Source: a virus
Taxonomy: Duplodnaviria; Caudoviricetes
Virus record (IMG/VR): IMGVR_UViG_3300019360_000027
Location: 1-31,401 of that record
Reading direction: 5' to 3' (one strand)
Length of the DNA stretch: 31,401 nt
The notes under the pieces are model-generated. The model was not told where the DNA came from and did not search any database. It saw only the letters and a program-made list of their open reading frames with translations. The position numbers were made by a program, and so were the translations under genes. Shown here one piece after another: positions 18,020-27,133 of this stretch (within the stretch, counting starts at the first letter, position 1; each line of letters starts with the position of its first letter).

Positions 18020-19483
18020 CTACACCGGACCCGAGTAGCTTGTGCCGAAGAACGAGGTGTTGCCGCCGTTCTCGAAGAACGAGGTGCCCGGCTGCCACTC
18101 GCGCTCGTGCAGGTAGACGTTGTAGCGCTCGTTCTCGATCTTGGCCGCGAGAAACGGTGCGCGCACGATGACCCGCTTGCGTGTGCGAGCCATCACCTGC
18201 TTGCAGAAGGCGGTTCCACCGAGGAAGAAGATCGCGAAACGACCGTCACTTGATACGCGGTACTCATCCTGCGGCCCCATCTGCGAGATGACCGACTGCA
18301 TCCCGTAGGGCCCGCGGTAGTTGAAGTGCTCCAGGTAGGCGATCTGGCCGTTGGTGTCGCTGAAGTCAGCGCCGCGAATGGGCAGCAGGTAGGTATCGCT
18401 CTGGAAATTGCCCGCACCCACATTGAGCTCTTCGAGCGTGTTATCGATAACGACGGGAACGCGCTCGCCATCGATCAGCAGGAAGTTGCCCTCCAGCATC
18501 TGCTCGCGCAGCTGAATCGCCGCTCCTGCCGCGTCGACGAAGGCGTTGCTCGTGGTTCCCGTAGGTGCTGCGGTGTAGCAGCGGTAGGTGTAGTAGGCAC
18601 AGGCCCAGATGTCGACCAAGGCCAAGAACTTCTGGTAGCGCATCACCCAGGCCCACTCCACCCCGGTGAGGCCCACGTCGGCGGCGAGTTTCCTGCGCGA
18701 GCGGTAGGCCTCACGATACTCCTGGAGGGTCGCTGCGGCCGTGTTCTGGATAATGGCGAACGCCCGATCGCGCACCAGGCTGTCGGCAGCGGAGCAGGCC
18801 GCTCCGCCAATCGCGTTGACGTAGCCGGTATTGACGAGCCGATCCAGACCGTTGTACTCAACATAGCCGCCAGTGACCCCGGCAGTGTTCGCCGGGTTGC
18901 CGGTGTAGATGAGACGGGCGTAGCGGCGCTTAAAATCGAGCGAGAGCTCGGCGACGGCTTTGGCGAGTTTGGAGCGGAAGAGTTCGGTCGCCGGGATGTT
19001 CACGACTTCCGGGAGATCGCCGAACGGGTTGTTGAGCAGCCGCAGATCCAGCGGCTCGGAGCGATTGATGAGTTCGCCTGCGTTATCGACCCGGATCGGC
19101 TTGGATTTCATGGTCATCTCGCCGAAGGTCCAGGTCTGATAGCACATTTTCAGATCACCAGGCACGGGCACATTCTCAGAGCACGGATCGGTCGGCTCCG
19201 AGCCACTACTCGCCGTCTGCCCGGTCATAATGCCAAACAGCGGGTTCGTGTCCATCGACATGCGCACGTGGCCGCGCATCTCCAACCAGTCCTCAATGCC
19301 GTTCGGCTTGACGATCGTCGAAACGATGCCGGGGGACACGCCCGGCACATTGAACAGCGCGTTCTGGCCGTGCGGGGGAATAACCCCGCCGGTTACCGCA
19401 CTGGCCTTCGTGGTTGCCGCCATCAGAGCTGTGAGCAGGTGAGGGTTGGCGGCGAGATAGTTCAGCAGTTGTTGCTCGTTCAT
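18020..19483 (-). CDS. Major capsid protein
   Basis: 487 aa after protease/scaffold; GAGGG RBS; IYTGN...EYNGLDRLV and LLIDGERVPVVID patterns typical of HK97-fold capsids; strong codon bias. Confidence 0.85.
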   Translation of the reverse strand: MNEQQLLNYLAANPHLLTALMAATTKASAVTGGVIPPHGQNALFNVPGVSPGIVSTIVKPNGIEDWLEMRGHVRMSMDTNPLFGIMTGQTASSGSEPTDPCSENVPVPGDLKMCYQTWTFGEMTMKSKPIRVDNAGELINRSEPLDLRLLNNPFGDLPEVVNIPATELFRSKLAKAVAELSLDFKRRYARLIYTGNPANTAGVTGGYVEYNGLDRLVNTGYVNAIGGAACSAADSLVRDRAFAIIQNTAAATLQEYREAYRSRRKLAADVGLTGVEWAWVMRYQKFLALVDIWACAYYTYRCYTAAPTGTTSNAFVDAAGAAIQLREQMLEGNFLLIDGERVPVVIDNTLEELNVGAGNFQSDTYLLPIRGADFSDTNGQIAYLEHFNYRGPYGMQSVISQMGPQDEYRVSSDGRFAIFFLGGTAFCKQVMARTRKRVIVRAPFLAAKIENERYNVYLHEREWQPGTSFFENGGNTSFFGTSYSGPV

Positions 19484-19490
19484 TGTTCCC

Positions 19491-20765
19491 TCATGTAATC
19501 GGATGCTGCGGCGCATCGCCGAAGATCATCTTGTAGGCGGCTTCGGCTGGGCTCAGCAGCGCGGGCGCACCCTCAACAGCTGCACCCTCTTTCAGCGTCG
19601 GCTTGATGGGTACGACGGCCTGGGGCTCCTTCGCAATCCTGGCCGCCCCGGCCTGATCGCCCTCAAGCTCTTTCAGGCGCTTGTCCAGGTCCGTGGCGAG
19701 TTTGGCGGCGGCCGTCGCAACCTCCTTGAGTGTAGCCACCTGCGCGGCGCTATCGTCCTTCTGGGCCTGGACTGCCCCAAACGCCTTGCCCATGGCCTCG
19801 TACTGGGCCTTCATCTCGGCCATTTTGGCCGAGTAGCCGCCGGCCAGCTCGTCCATCACCCCGCCCAGTAGTGCTTTGAACTGGCCGACGGTAAGATCGG
19901 CCAGATCCATATCGTCGGTGACCTCGGTCATCGCCGCAGCCTCGTCGACCAGCGCATCGGCCTGCTCGGTCGCAGCGGCGGCAAGCAGCTCCTGGGGTGG
20001 CATCGGGGCCTTCTCAGTAAGCGCCTTGAGTGCCACAAGTCGGCCATCCTGAATGATGGCCGGCGTCCCATCGGGCAGGGCGTAGACGGCGGGGGGATCC
20101 GGCGGGGCCTCCTTGAACGCAATTCCGGCGGCCTGGGCCGCCTTATCGGTCGTCTGCACCGACGCGAGCAGGGCTGAGCTATCGGCATCGCCGAACAGCG
20201 CCTGTAGTGCCTTGAGTTTCTCGGGGGGAAGCGGCATGGTGCGCTCCTTCGTGGTGATACGGGTAAACAGGTTCGAGGCCCGTCCCTCCGGCACGAGGGA
20301 GCGCTCGAAGATGTGAATATGTGAAAACACCCCGCCGACTGGCTCATGCGCGGGATGGGTAAAGCCGATCGACACCTGGTAGCTCTGGCCGCATGCCTTG
20401 ATCGCGGCGGCGTAGGCCGGCTTTCGAAAGGTTCCGCTTTCGATAAGAAAACGACCGTCATCCGTAACCGCCTGGTAATCGCAGTCGCCGAGGTCGAGGC
20501 CAGGGACATGCCAGAAGCGCAGCGGCCCGCGCTGGTTCGTCGCATCAGCCAGTGCGACCGCTCCCGTGAGTGCAGCCCGCGAGACAATCTCGCCGTCCCG
20601 ATCCTGGTAGGCCGTGCTGCTGACACTGGCCCACCGTTCGCGGCCCTGGGCGTCCTTGTACACCCCAAGCACACCCGCCGTTTGCGCTGCGGAAACCGGA
20701 ACGCCGATGGGCTCAAGAAACTTCCAGGCTCGGCGCTGCCGCTGGTTGCTACGGGCCGGGGACAT
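19491..20765 (-). CDS. Prohead protease fused to scaffold domain
   Basis: DRDGEIVS, LRFWH, VSIGF, FERSLV protease motifs; Ala/Glu/Lys coiled-coil C-terminal half; GAGG before ATG 20765. Confidence 0.8.
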   Translation of the reverse strand: MSPARSNQRQRRAWKFLEPIGVPVSAAQTAGVLGVYKDAQGRERWASVSSTAYQDRDGEIVSRAALTGAVALADATNQRGPLRFWHVPGLDLGDCDYQAVTDDGRFLIESGTFRKPAYAAAIKACGQSYQVSIGFTHPAHEPVGGVFSHIHIFERSLVPEGRASNLFTRITTKERTMPLPPEKLKALQALFGDADSSALLASVQTTDKAAQAAGIAFKEAPPDPPAVYALPDGTPAIIQDGRLVALKALTEKAPMPPQELLAAAATEQADALVDEAAAMTEVTDDMDLADLTVGQFKALLGGVMDELAGGYSAKMAEMKAQYEAMGKAFGAVQAQKDDSAAQVATLKEVATAAAKLATDLDKRLKELEGDQAGAARIAKEPQAVVPIKPTLKEGAAVEGAPALLSPAEAAYKMIFGDAPQHPIT

Positions 20766-21888
20766 ACTCAACCTCGATTGTTGTGGTAGTGCCCTTGTCG
20801 CTGCGGCTGACGACGCGATAGGAGCCGCCGCGAGCAAGTAGTAGCTCGTACTCTTTGGTGAAGTTGGTGTACCCACGCGGCGGAGCGGCCCGGTTCATGT
20901 AGATGCCCCGGGAGCCCGCCGGAACGCGTACGGTCATCTGTACCTGGCGGGTGCCCCGAGGTTGCGGCCCCAGGTTGCCAAGGAAGCGCTGCACGCCCTT
21001 GGGATCGACCGTCGTGGAGGTATAGGCGCTGTCGGTAAAGGTACTACCAGGGCGCAGCCCGTCGATGAACGATGCGGCGTGACTGCCGGGTGGGGCAACC
21101 ATGCCCCGGTAGGTTGTTACGGGCTCAGTCAGGCGCGAGCGCTCCATTGCACTATCGAGATCCCGCACAATGCGCCGCTCATCGGCGTCGCCTCTTCGAC
21201 CACTACGCAGGGTACCGTTGATGGTTTCGTAGCCGTAGCCCTGATAACTCCGCACGGCCTGATCCTCAGCCTTGCTGAGATTCTTGGCATCAATGCCGGT
21301 ACGCTCAGCGTGATGCTTGTCGGCCTGCTGGGCCGTGCGAAAGGTCTTCGGCTCTTGCTTCGGCGCTTCGGCTGGCTTGGGTGGGGGAGCCGGTTTGCGT
21401 GGCCCGACGCGCTCGCCACGGGCACGAGCCTCCAGGCGATCAGCCCGTTCGTGGAGCCGGGCGCGCTGGGCCTCTGTTACCTGCCCGCTGTTCGCAGCAG
21501 CCCGAGCGCGCTGGGCCTGGGCACTCAGGCGATCGGTTCGTTGAGCACGGCGTTCAGTCTGCTCCCGCCCCCGCTCGGCAGCTGTCGCCGCTCGGCCCTG
21601 TGCTCGTGCGTCGCTGACACTTGCCCCGCCCGCTCGCGCCTGCTGGTATGCCGCTTGCCCAGCCTGGCCAGCACCTCCCCGCCGGCCATGGATTTTCTGA
21701 TTGCTATGACCGGGGTGTTTGAACGTTGCGAAGGCGGCCGCAGCGAGCCAGGATAGCGAGCCAACATCGGACAGCGCCGCGGCCTTGTGCGCTTGCGCAT
21801 TCGCGATGCGCGCGGCTTGCTCCTTGGAGTAGCCACGGCGTCGGAGCGCACGGTAGACACGCTCGTTGTTGATTGACGGATTCGGCAT
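20749..21888 (-). CDS. ADP-ribosyltransferase (VIP2/exoenzyme-like, R-S-E clade) with basic N-terminal domains
   Basis: YQGYGYETINGTLR, TTYRG, AYTSTT and EYELLLARG motifs; N-terminal PSINNERVYRALRRRGYSKEQAARIANA small domain. Confidence 0.88.
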   Translation of the reverse strand: MPNPSINNERVYRALRRRGYSKEQAARIANAQAHKAAALSDVGSLSWLAAAAFATFKHPGHSNQKIHGRRGGAGQAGQAAYQQARAGGASVSDARAQGRAATAAERGREQTERRAQRTDRLSAQAQRARAAANSGQVTEAQRARLHERADRLEARARGERVGPRKPAPPPKPAEAPKQEPKTFRTAQQADKHHAERTGIDAKNLSKAEDQAVRSYQGYGYETINGTLRSGRRGDADERRIVRDLDSAMERSRLTEPVTTYRGMVAPPGSHAASFIDGLRPGSTFTDSAYTSTTVDPKGVQRFLGNLGPQPRGTRQVQMTVRVPAGSRGIYMNRAAPPRGYTNFTKEYELLLARGGSYRVVSRSDKGTTTTIEVEYVPGP

Positions 21889-21897
21889 GGTCTACGC

Positions 21898-21935
21898 AAA
21901 AAAGCCGGCCCCTCCCAATCTGGGAGAGTGCCGGC
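21898..21935 (-). terminator. Intrinsic terminator 9 nt upstream of the ADP-ribosyltransferase start
   Basis: GCCGGCACTCTCCC-AGATT-GGGAGGGGCCGGC followed by TTTTTT. Confidence 0.75.
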
Positions 21936-21976
21936 GCCGCTCACGCGGGATGGGCTCGATCGATGCGATTAGGTCA

Positions 21977-21985
21977 AGTATAGCA
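21977..21985 (-). promoter_or_regulatory. Extended -10 promoter candidate (TGCTATACT)
   Basis: TGn-TATACT in one of the few sizeable intergenic gaps of the virion operon; same element at 29058-29066 and 31225-31233. Confidence 0.55.
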
Positions 21986-21996
21986 CGCTGCGCATA

Positions 21997-22152
21997 TTAC
22001 TGCATCAGCGGTGCGGGCATGTCCAGATCCCGGGCCAGTTGACAGAGCGCACCACGCAGCGAGCGCCGCGTCGCCTCCGGCAGTGAGAGCGAGAGCGCTG
22101 CGACAATCGCGGCATACAGCACAAGCAGGATGGTGCGGGTGCTCTCGCTCAT
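21997..22152 (-). CDS. Small hypothetical protein (51 aa, hydrophobic N-terminus)
   Basis: GAGG before ATG; ATGA overlap with upstream stop. Confidence 0.55.
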   Translation of the reverse strand: MSESTRTILLVLYAAIVAALSLSLPEATRRSLRGALCQLARDLDMPAPLMQ

Positions 22153-22625
22153 CGCAGCGCCTCGCTGATAGCCGCCTGTACCAACTTCGGCCACTTCGTT
22201 TTCCACTTCGCGGTCAGGCGCCAGGTAAAGCCCCGGGCCTTGGTCCCCGGGTGCTGGACTTCCCTGGCGAACACGCGGGGGCCGCTGGTCCCCCCGGCCC
22301 GTGCGATGATACTGCCTACCCGCGTCTTGGCCTGATAGCCGGCCTGGAAGGCGAGCAGCTTCGCACGCCTCGGGCGGATCGCGTGCGGCTTTGTCCCCTG
22401 ATCAACGAATTTCCAGATCGCGTTGTTGGCGTACACGGTGACAGCTTCCCGGCTCACACGGACCGTAAACTTCACCTTCGTTGTCCAGGTCGTTACCGTC
22501 TTCTCGTGATCCTGCACCAGTTCAGCCGCGGCGCGCTGGGTCACCGCGGCAATGGCCTTACTCACCCGGCTGGCCTGCTGCGGGAACACCCTGGGCTTGA
22601 TCGGGATGAGCTTGATACCGGGCAT
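22149..22625 (-). CDS. HK97 gp10-like tail completion/neck protein
   Basis: FVDQGTKPHAIRPRRAKLLAF...VFAREVQHPGTKARGF motif; TAATG coupling. Confidence 0.75.
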   Translation of the reverse strand: MPGIKLIPIKPRVFPQQASRVSKAIAAVTQRAAAELVQDHEKTVTTWTTKVKFTVRVSREAVTVYANNAIWKFVDQGTKPHAIRPRRAKLLAFQAGYQAKTRVGSIIARAGGTSGPRVFAREVQHPGTKARGFTWRLTAKWKTKWPKLVQAAISEALR

Positions 22626-23245
22626 TATCTCACCAGCCTTCCGCCGCGCACCCGGTAGGGGTTGTCTGCTGCTCGTGCCAAACATGTCGGGCAGTGCTCG
22701 GCCTGGTGGAGCGTCCAGAAGCAGTCAGCATTCAGCTCTTCCTGGTCCAACCAGGCAATGCGCCAGCTACACCGGCAGTTCACCATGCACTCGCTGCCCT
22801 CCCCCGGCATGAATGGTAGGTCCAACCCAAACGTACGTCCGCGCTCGTAGGTCGTCTTCAGCGGCCCGGCGTAGAGCCGGAGCCGGCTGCGCATGCGGCT
22901 GTCCTGCCAGCCCTCGGCGTCGATCTGGTCGGTGAACCGACCCAGATACTCGACCTGCTCAGCGACAACCGCCGCGATAAGGCGCCGTGCGTCTGGGGTG
23001 AGATCGCGTACCCCGCGTCCCTCGAGATACGCCGCCGTGTGACCAACAAGGAGCACCTGCACGACTTCATTATGCCACTCGGTTGGTGAGAGCAGGCCCG
23101 CGTTCATCCCGTTGCTCAGATCGTCAAGGCTCTCGATAACGCGAGTTTGCAGACGCAGCAGGGTCATGCGCGCCTTGAGCGTGGCAGAGAGGCGCGACGC
23201 GTTGGGCCGGGCAAACGCGAGCGGCCATGGCTGAAGGCTATGCAC
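22625..23245 (-). CDS. MuF/gp7-like head morphogenesis (minor head) protein
   Basis: Directly after portal; PGEGSECMVNCRCSW and HCPTC Cys motifs; GGAGG before GTG. Confidence 0.65.
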   Translation of the reverse strand: MHSLQPWPLAFARPNASRLSATLKARMTLLRLQTRVIESLDDLSNGMNAGLLSPTEWHNEVVQVLLVGHTAAYLEGRGVRDLTPDARRLIAAVVAEQVEYLGRFTDQIDAEGWQDSRMRSRLRLYAGPLKTTYERGRTFGLDLPFMPGEGSECMVNCRCSWRIAWLDQEELNADCFWTLHQAEHCPTCLARAADNPYRVRGGRLVR

Positions 23246-24674
23246 TGCGCACCTCCGCTAGCAGTGCGGCCGCAGCAGCTTCGACACTCTCCACCGCGTC
23301 GGGGGCCATGCGCGTGCGGCGCATGGCCTTCGTCGCACGAAGTGGTGCGTCCTCGACGACAATCGGCTTCTGCACATCGGTGAGTTGCCCGCCCGCGGTC
23401 GCATCGACCGCGGCAAACAGCTCCTGCGGCAGATCGCCATCGTCAAACGCGAGCTGCCGGCTCTCAGCGACCGTGATCTCGCCAGCCTCGATGCGCAGCT
23501 TGCGGGTTTCGGCCCGAAGTTTCGATACCTCCGCACGAAGCTTCTGGTCCCGAATATCGTCGGCGATGATCCGGTACGTGCTCGTCTCAGGCAGGGCACG
23601 CCAGGAGACCTGCTCGGGCCACTCCTTGGCGTAGGCCGCCAGGCCCTGCGCGTTCGCCGCGTCGTCGAGGACCTGGGTCTGGACACCCGTCCCCAGTCCC
23701 TGGCCCGAGAGCGGCTGGATCTCCTGGACCGGGATCCCAACGACGTTGGAGCAGCGCAAGTAGAAGTCGCGAGCGATCTGCACGGGATCAAAGCCGTCCG
23801 GCACCTCGGCGAGCGGGATGGTGATCAGCTGCGGCCCGTCCCCGCCGGCCGCACCGAGCATCGGGATAATCGTGCTCCCTCGATAGATCACAAAGCCCCG
23901 CTGCTCAGAAGCAGCCTCACTCGTGCTGAGTGCTTCTTTTAGCTTCTCCGACGACACGCCGGTGATGAAGTGCAGCGCCAGGTTGCGCTGGCCAGAGACC
24001 TTCTCGCGCAGATAGGTCTGCATGGCCACCATCAGCAGGAGATCCGACCAGATCGCGTCTGCTGCGCAATGGCCGAGATTGTAGGCCACCGGATCCGGGT
24101 CGGTGAGATCAGAAACGTGAACGATGTTCTCGGCCCGCAGCAGCACCGGCCCCCGGATCGGGCTCTGGTACAGCATCGGGTAATCATCATCCGGGTAGGG
24201 ATAGCAGCGCAGGCTGTCGAGATGGTAGAGACCCTGCACCCGCGCCCCCGGCTTTGGCCGGTCGATATACGCGATTTGTCCCCAGTTTGTCGTCAGATAG
24301 TCGCGCATGCCCTTCTTCAGCCCACGCGAGTAGTTGCCGTGATCAAACGAGCGCACGATCTCTTGCGCATAGGTGAGGCGTCGCGGGCTCTCTGAGGTAT
24401 CATCGATCGTGTAGCCCATCGCGACATACTTCGTGATGGCCTTGTAGACTGCCGTACGCCACATGGGATCAAGTGCAATCGACGCGCGCAGGATCGCATC
24501 CCGGCTCTTCGTGCCGTAGGCGGGGAGGCCGGTTGCGCCCTTGATACCATCCAGCAGGCCGCCCCAGGCCCAGCCCGACGGGCCGATGATAATGCTGAAG
24601 GGGGCAATGTCGCCAGCCTGCGAGAGGTCGGTATCTTCTGGCTTGAGCACGGTTGGCAGGCCATTGGTGGTCAT
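23238..24674 (-). CDS. Portal protein
   Basis: 478 aa immediately after TerL (ATGA overlap); GLYHLDSLRC; C-terminal GEITVAESRQ portal motif. Confidence 0.85.
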   Translation of the reverse strand: MTTNGLPTVLKPEDTDLSQAGDIAPFSIIIGPSGWAWGGLLDGIKGATGLPAYGTKSRDAILRASIALDPMWRTAVYKAITKYVAMGYTIDDTSESPRRLTYAQEIVRSFDHGNYSRGLKKGMRDYLTTNWGQIAYIDRPKPGARVQGLYHLDSLRCYPYPDDDYPMLYQSPIRGPVLLRAENIVHVSDLTDPDPVAYNLGHCAADAIWSDLLLMVAMQTYLREKVSGQRNLALHFITGVSSEKLKEALSTSEAASEQRGFVIYRGSTIIPMLGAAGGDGPQLITIPLAEVPDGFDPVQIARDFYLRCSNVVGIPVQEIQPLSGQGLGTGVQTQVLDDAANAQGLAAYAKEWPEQVSWRALPETSTYRIIADDIRDQKLRAEVSKLRAETRKLRIEAGEITVAESRQLAFDDGDLPQELFAAVDATAGGQLTDVQKPIVVEDAPLRATKAMRRTRMAPDAVESVEAAAAALLAEVRSA

Positions 24675-26146
24675 AGCTGCCCTCGGAGTGTCCACACCCC
24701 GACGCGCATCGCGTCTGGTCCGTGGTCGAATGCTTTGACGGGCTTCTGGTCCGGGCCATAGCGGTAGGCAAGATGCTCGCGTCGAAGCTGCACACAGCGC
24801 GGATGAACGCGCACGCGGCACCAGCCGCTGTGATCAGGTGCGAGCGCGCGCCGGTATTCCTTGATGCTTTCTGCCACATCCGGCCCACCCTGCACGGGTG
24901 TTACCCCGGCGGCAAAGAGCCGGCCCCGAATCTCAGCCGAGCCGGGGCCATGGATGCCGTAGGTCGGGGCGGGCCACGGGCGAGCAAGCGCATCGCTCAG
25001 ATGCACATCAGAGAGGGTGAGACAGGCGTAGCTCTCGTCGAACACGTCGAGCCGCCCGTCGCGTTTGTGCTGCACCCAGAGGATCACACGCGGGTGTGCG
25101 TCGGCCACGTACATACCCGTGTTGGGATCAATCCCCATCGTGCGCCGGGCCGAGCCTGCACTGTAGCCGTCGTCGAGGAACCAGTACACGTCACCCGCTC
25201 CCGGCACATAGTCGGCCTCTTCGGTCACATTACCCGCTGGCCCATCGCGGTACACGTCACCGTACACCAGGCCGGCGGCGTTGGTGAAAGCTTCCTCGGG
25301 CGTCTCCGGGTACTCTCTGAGTATATCGGCCTCGGTTAGATCCGGACTCTCGGCTCGAATCCTATCGCGCCAGTCAGGGTCACGATGGGGGTGAGCTGTC
25401 CAGGGTAAGAAGATGGGTGTAAAGCCGTTTGTGCCGGCCTGGGCTCCCAGACAGAGCTGGTGGTAGGGTGTGCCATTGCCGTCGGCGGACGAGATGATGA
25501 TCATCTGCCCGCCTGCGTCGATTGTGGGCTTGGCCGCACTCAGCACCTGCGGGCCATAGAGCATAAAGGCGAACTCGTCGAGCACGACCCCGGAAGCGGT
25601 AAAGCTGCGGCCCGCGCGCCTCGTGGCCGGCCGCGAGAGCACCCGCGAGCCGTTCGTCCAGGCCCACTCATCGGTGTTATTCTTGACCAGGGCCGGGAAG
25701 GAGCTGCGATCCCGGTGGTGATCGTGCAGAAAGCCGATGCGCCGAATCAGCTCGTCAGCGTCATTCTGGCTCTGGCTGAAAAGGAGCCAGGTCTGGGCGG
25801 CGTACGACATACAGCGGTGGAGCACGTAGGCGCAGACAACCCACGAGAGACCGAGCTGGCGTGCTTTGAGGAAGAGGATTAAGCGCTCCCGCTCGAGCGC
25901 TGGCAGCACGGACTCGAGCTGGGCGGGCCAGAGCTCGAAGGGGATGACCGACGCGCTTACATCGTGCGGCACCTCGATCGCCGTGCGCGCGATGAAGAGG
26001 GCGAGCTCCCAGTGCGGCGGGGCGTAGGCGAGTGCTGCCAGCTCGGGATCACTCGCCAGGCGCTGGGCCGCCAGCCGCGCCAGCTGCGAAGCGAGCGAGG
26101 ACCCGCGCGTAGTCTTCCGGGCTGAGGATGTCGTGGAGGTGATCAA
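24671..26146 (-). CDS. terL: Terminase large subunit (start uncertain; TTG 26146 assumed)
   Basis: Walker A LKARQLGLS, Walker B VVLDEFAF, coupling motif ISSA, nuclease DHGPDAMR. Confidence 0.92.
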   Translation of the reverse strand: MITSTTSSARKTTRGSSLASQLARLAAQRLASDPELAALAYAPPHWELALFIARTAIEVPHDVSASVIPFELWPAQLESVLPALERERLILFLKARQLGLSWVVCAYVLHRCMSYAAQTWLLFSQSQNDADELIRRIGFLHDHHRDRSSFPALVKNNTDEWAWTNGSRVLSRPATRRAGRSFTASGVVLDEFAFMLYGPQVLSAAKPTIDAGGQMIIISSADGNGTPYHQLCLGAQAGTNGFTPIFLPWTAHPHRDPDWRDRIRAESPDLTEADILREYPETPEEAFTNAAGLVYGDVYRDGPAGNVTEEADYVPGAGDVYWFLDDGYSAGSARRTMGIDPNTGMYVADAHPRVILWVQHKRDGRLDVFDESYACLTLSDVHLSDALARPWPAPTYGIHGPGSAEIRGRLFAAGVTPVQGGPDVAESIKEYRRALAPDHSGWCRVRVHPRCVQLRREHLAYRYGPDQKPVKAFDHGPDAMRVGVWTLRGQL

Positions 26147-26543
26147 GGAACTCGACCAGCTTTCCTTCGATGTCGGGCCGTCGCTGCCCCATCTCGCGGG
26201 CGATGTCGTCGAGGGTCTCGCGCCAGGCTTTCTCGTTCCACAGCCGCCCCTTGTCGTCCGGCTCCCACTTAATGGCCTCAAGCTCGTCAGCGTGTTCGAC
26301 GAGCCGCCGCACGCGCTCCTCTTTGAGTGCTAGGCCGGCAGCTAACGCACTGCCTCGGCGCGCCACCCGCGCCACCTCGATCTCGGTTGCCCACTTCTTC
26401 CGATAGTAGCTAAGGGCTGACGGATCGAGCACTGGCCACGTCCGCTCAGCAAACCACTTCCGAATTAAGGGCTCACTGTATTCAGCTGCCAGCCAAGTCA
26501 GTAGGGCGGCGCGCTGCTCGCTGTCGAGTTTTGGTGCCGCCAT
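26049..26543 (-). CDS. Probable terminase small subunit
   Basis: 164 aa helical protein just upstream of and overlapping TerL; N-terminal HTH-like part, C-terminal LDDIAREMGQR. Confidence 0.6.
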   Translation of the reverse strand: MAAPKLDSEQRAALLTWLAAEYSEPLIRKWFAERTWPVLDPSALSYYRKKWATEIEVARVARRGSALAAGLALKEERVRRLVEHADELEAIKWEPDDKGRLWNEKAWRETLDDIAREMGQRRPDIEGKLVEFLDHLHDILSPEDYARVLARFAAGAAGGPAPGE

Positions 26544-26739
26544 GAGTTGAACTTTCTTGAACTTGCTCCGGCTCGACGATTACTCTGAGCACCACACCTC
26601 GAAGCATCAGTAGCCGAGCTATCGCCGGCAGCTCGCTCTCAGGAATGTCCAGCTGCACCCTGGCCCCGCCGTCGCCAGCCACCTTGATGGCCGACTGGAT
26701 CAGCGGGAAGGTGGCCAGGAAACTCACCGGCTCATCCAT
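26482..26739 (-). CDS. Hypothetical phage protein (85 aa)
   Basis: GGTGG before ATG; SAIKVAGDGGARVQLDIPESE; coupled to neighbours. Confidence 0.6.
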   Translation of the reverse strand: MDEPVSFLATFPLIQSAIKVAGDGGARVQLDIPESELPAIARLLMLRGVVLRVIVEPEQVQESSTHGGTKTRQRAARRPTDLAGS

Positions 26740-27133
26740 AGACCACCAGTGGCAGTCCCAGGCAGTGCCGCCGCTCCATCACGGCGCCATACCACCAGAC
26801 AACACGACAGCGCCCGTTGATCGTGGCCGTTGTCACGCTCTCGCCGGTCTCAGCGGCGTTGCAGGTGATATCGATCCGCTCGACGCCAGCGAGTTCCAGC
26901 CCAGCCAGATCGCCGAGCGGATCGCCGCACGGATTGAGGCGCGGGCCGTTTGTGACGAACCAGACACCCTCTTGCGGGCGGGTCGGGCCAGCAAAGAGCG
27001 GCGGCACTTCGGGGAGGGTGGGACGCGGCGAGGGTGTCAGATCAGGGACTGACGTAGCAATCGGGCCGGGAGTAGGCGGCTTCTGCGCCGCTACCGTGCC
27101 CGAAGCAACCCACACGAGGGACAGGAGAGCCAC
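26732..27133 (-). CDS. Secreted Pro-rich protein with C-terminal LPLV motif (start uncertain)
   Basis: Signal-like ALLSLVWVASGTVAA, Pro/Thr linker, four Cys, ends LGLPLVVYG. Confidence 0.55.
   Translation of the reverse strand: MALLSLVWVASGTVAAQKPPTPGPIATSVPDLTPSPRPTLPEVPPLFAGPTRPQEGVWFVTNGPRLNPCGDPLGDLAGLELAGVERIDITCNAAETGESVTTATINGRCRVVWWYGAVMERRHCLGLPLVVYG

Noticed and set aside
18046-18086. 14-bp direct repeat CGAAGAACGAGGTG
   Set aside because: Simply encodes TSFF twice at the capsid C-terminus; two copies only, not CRISPR or att
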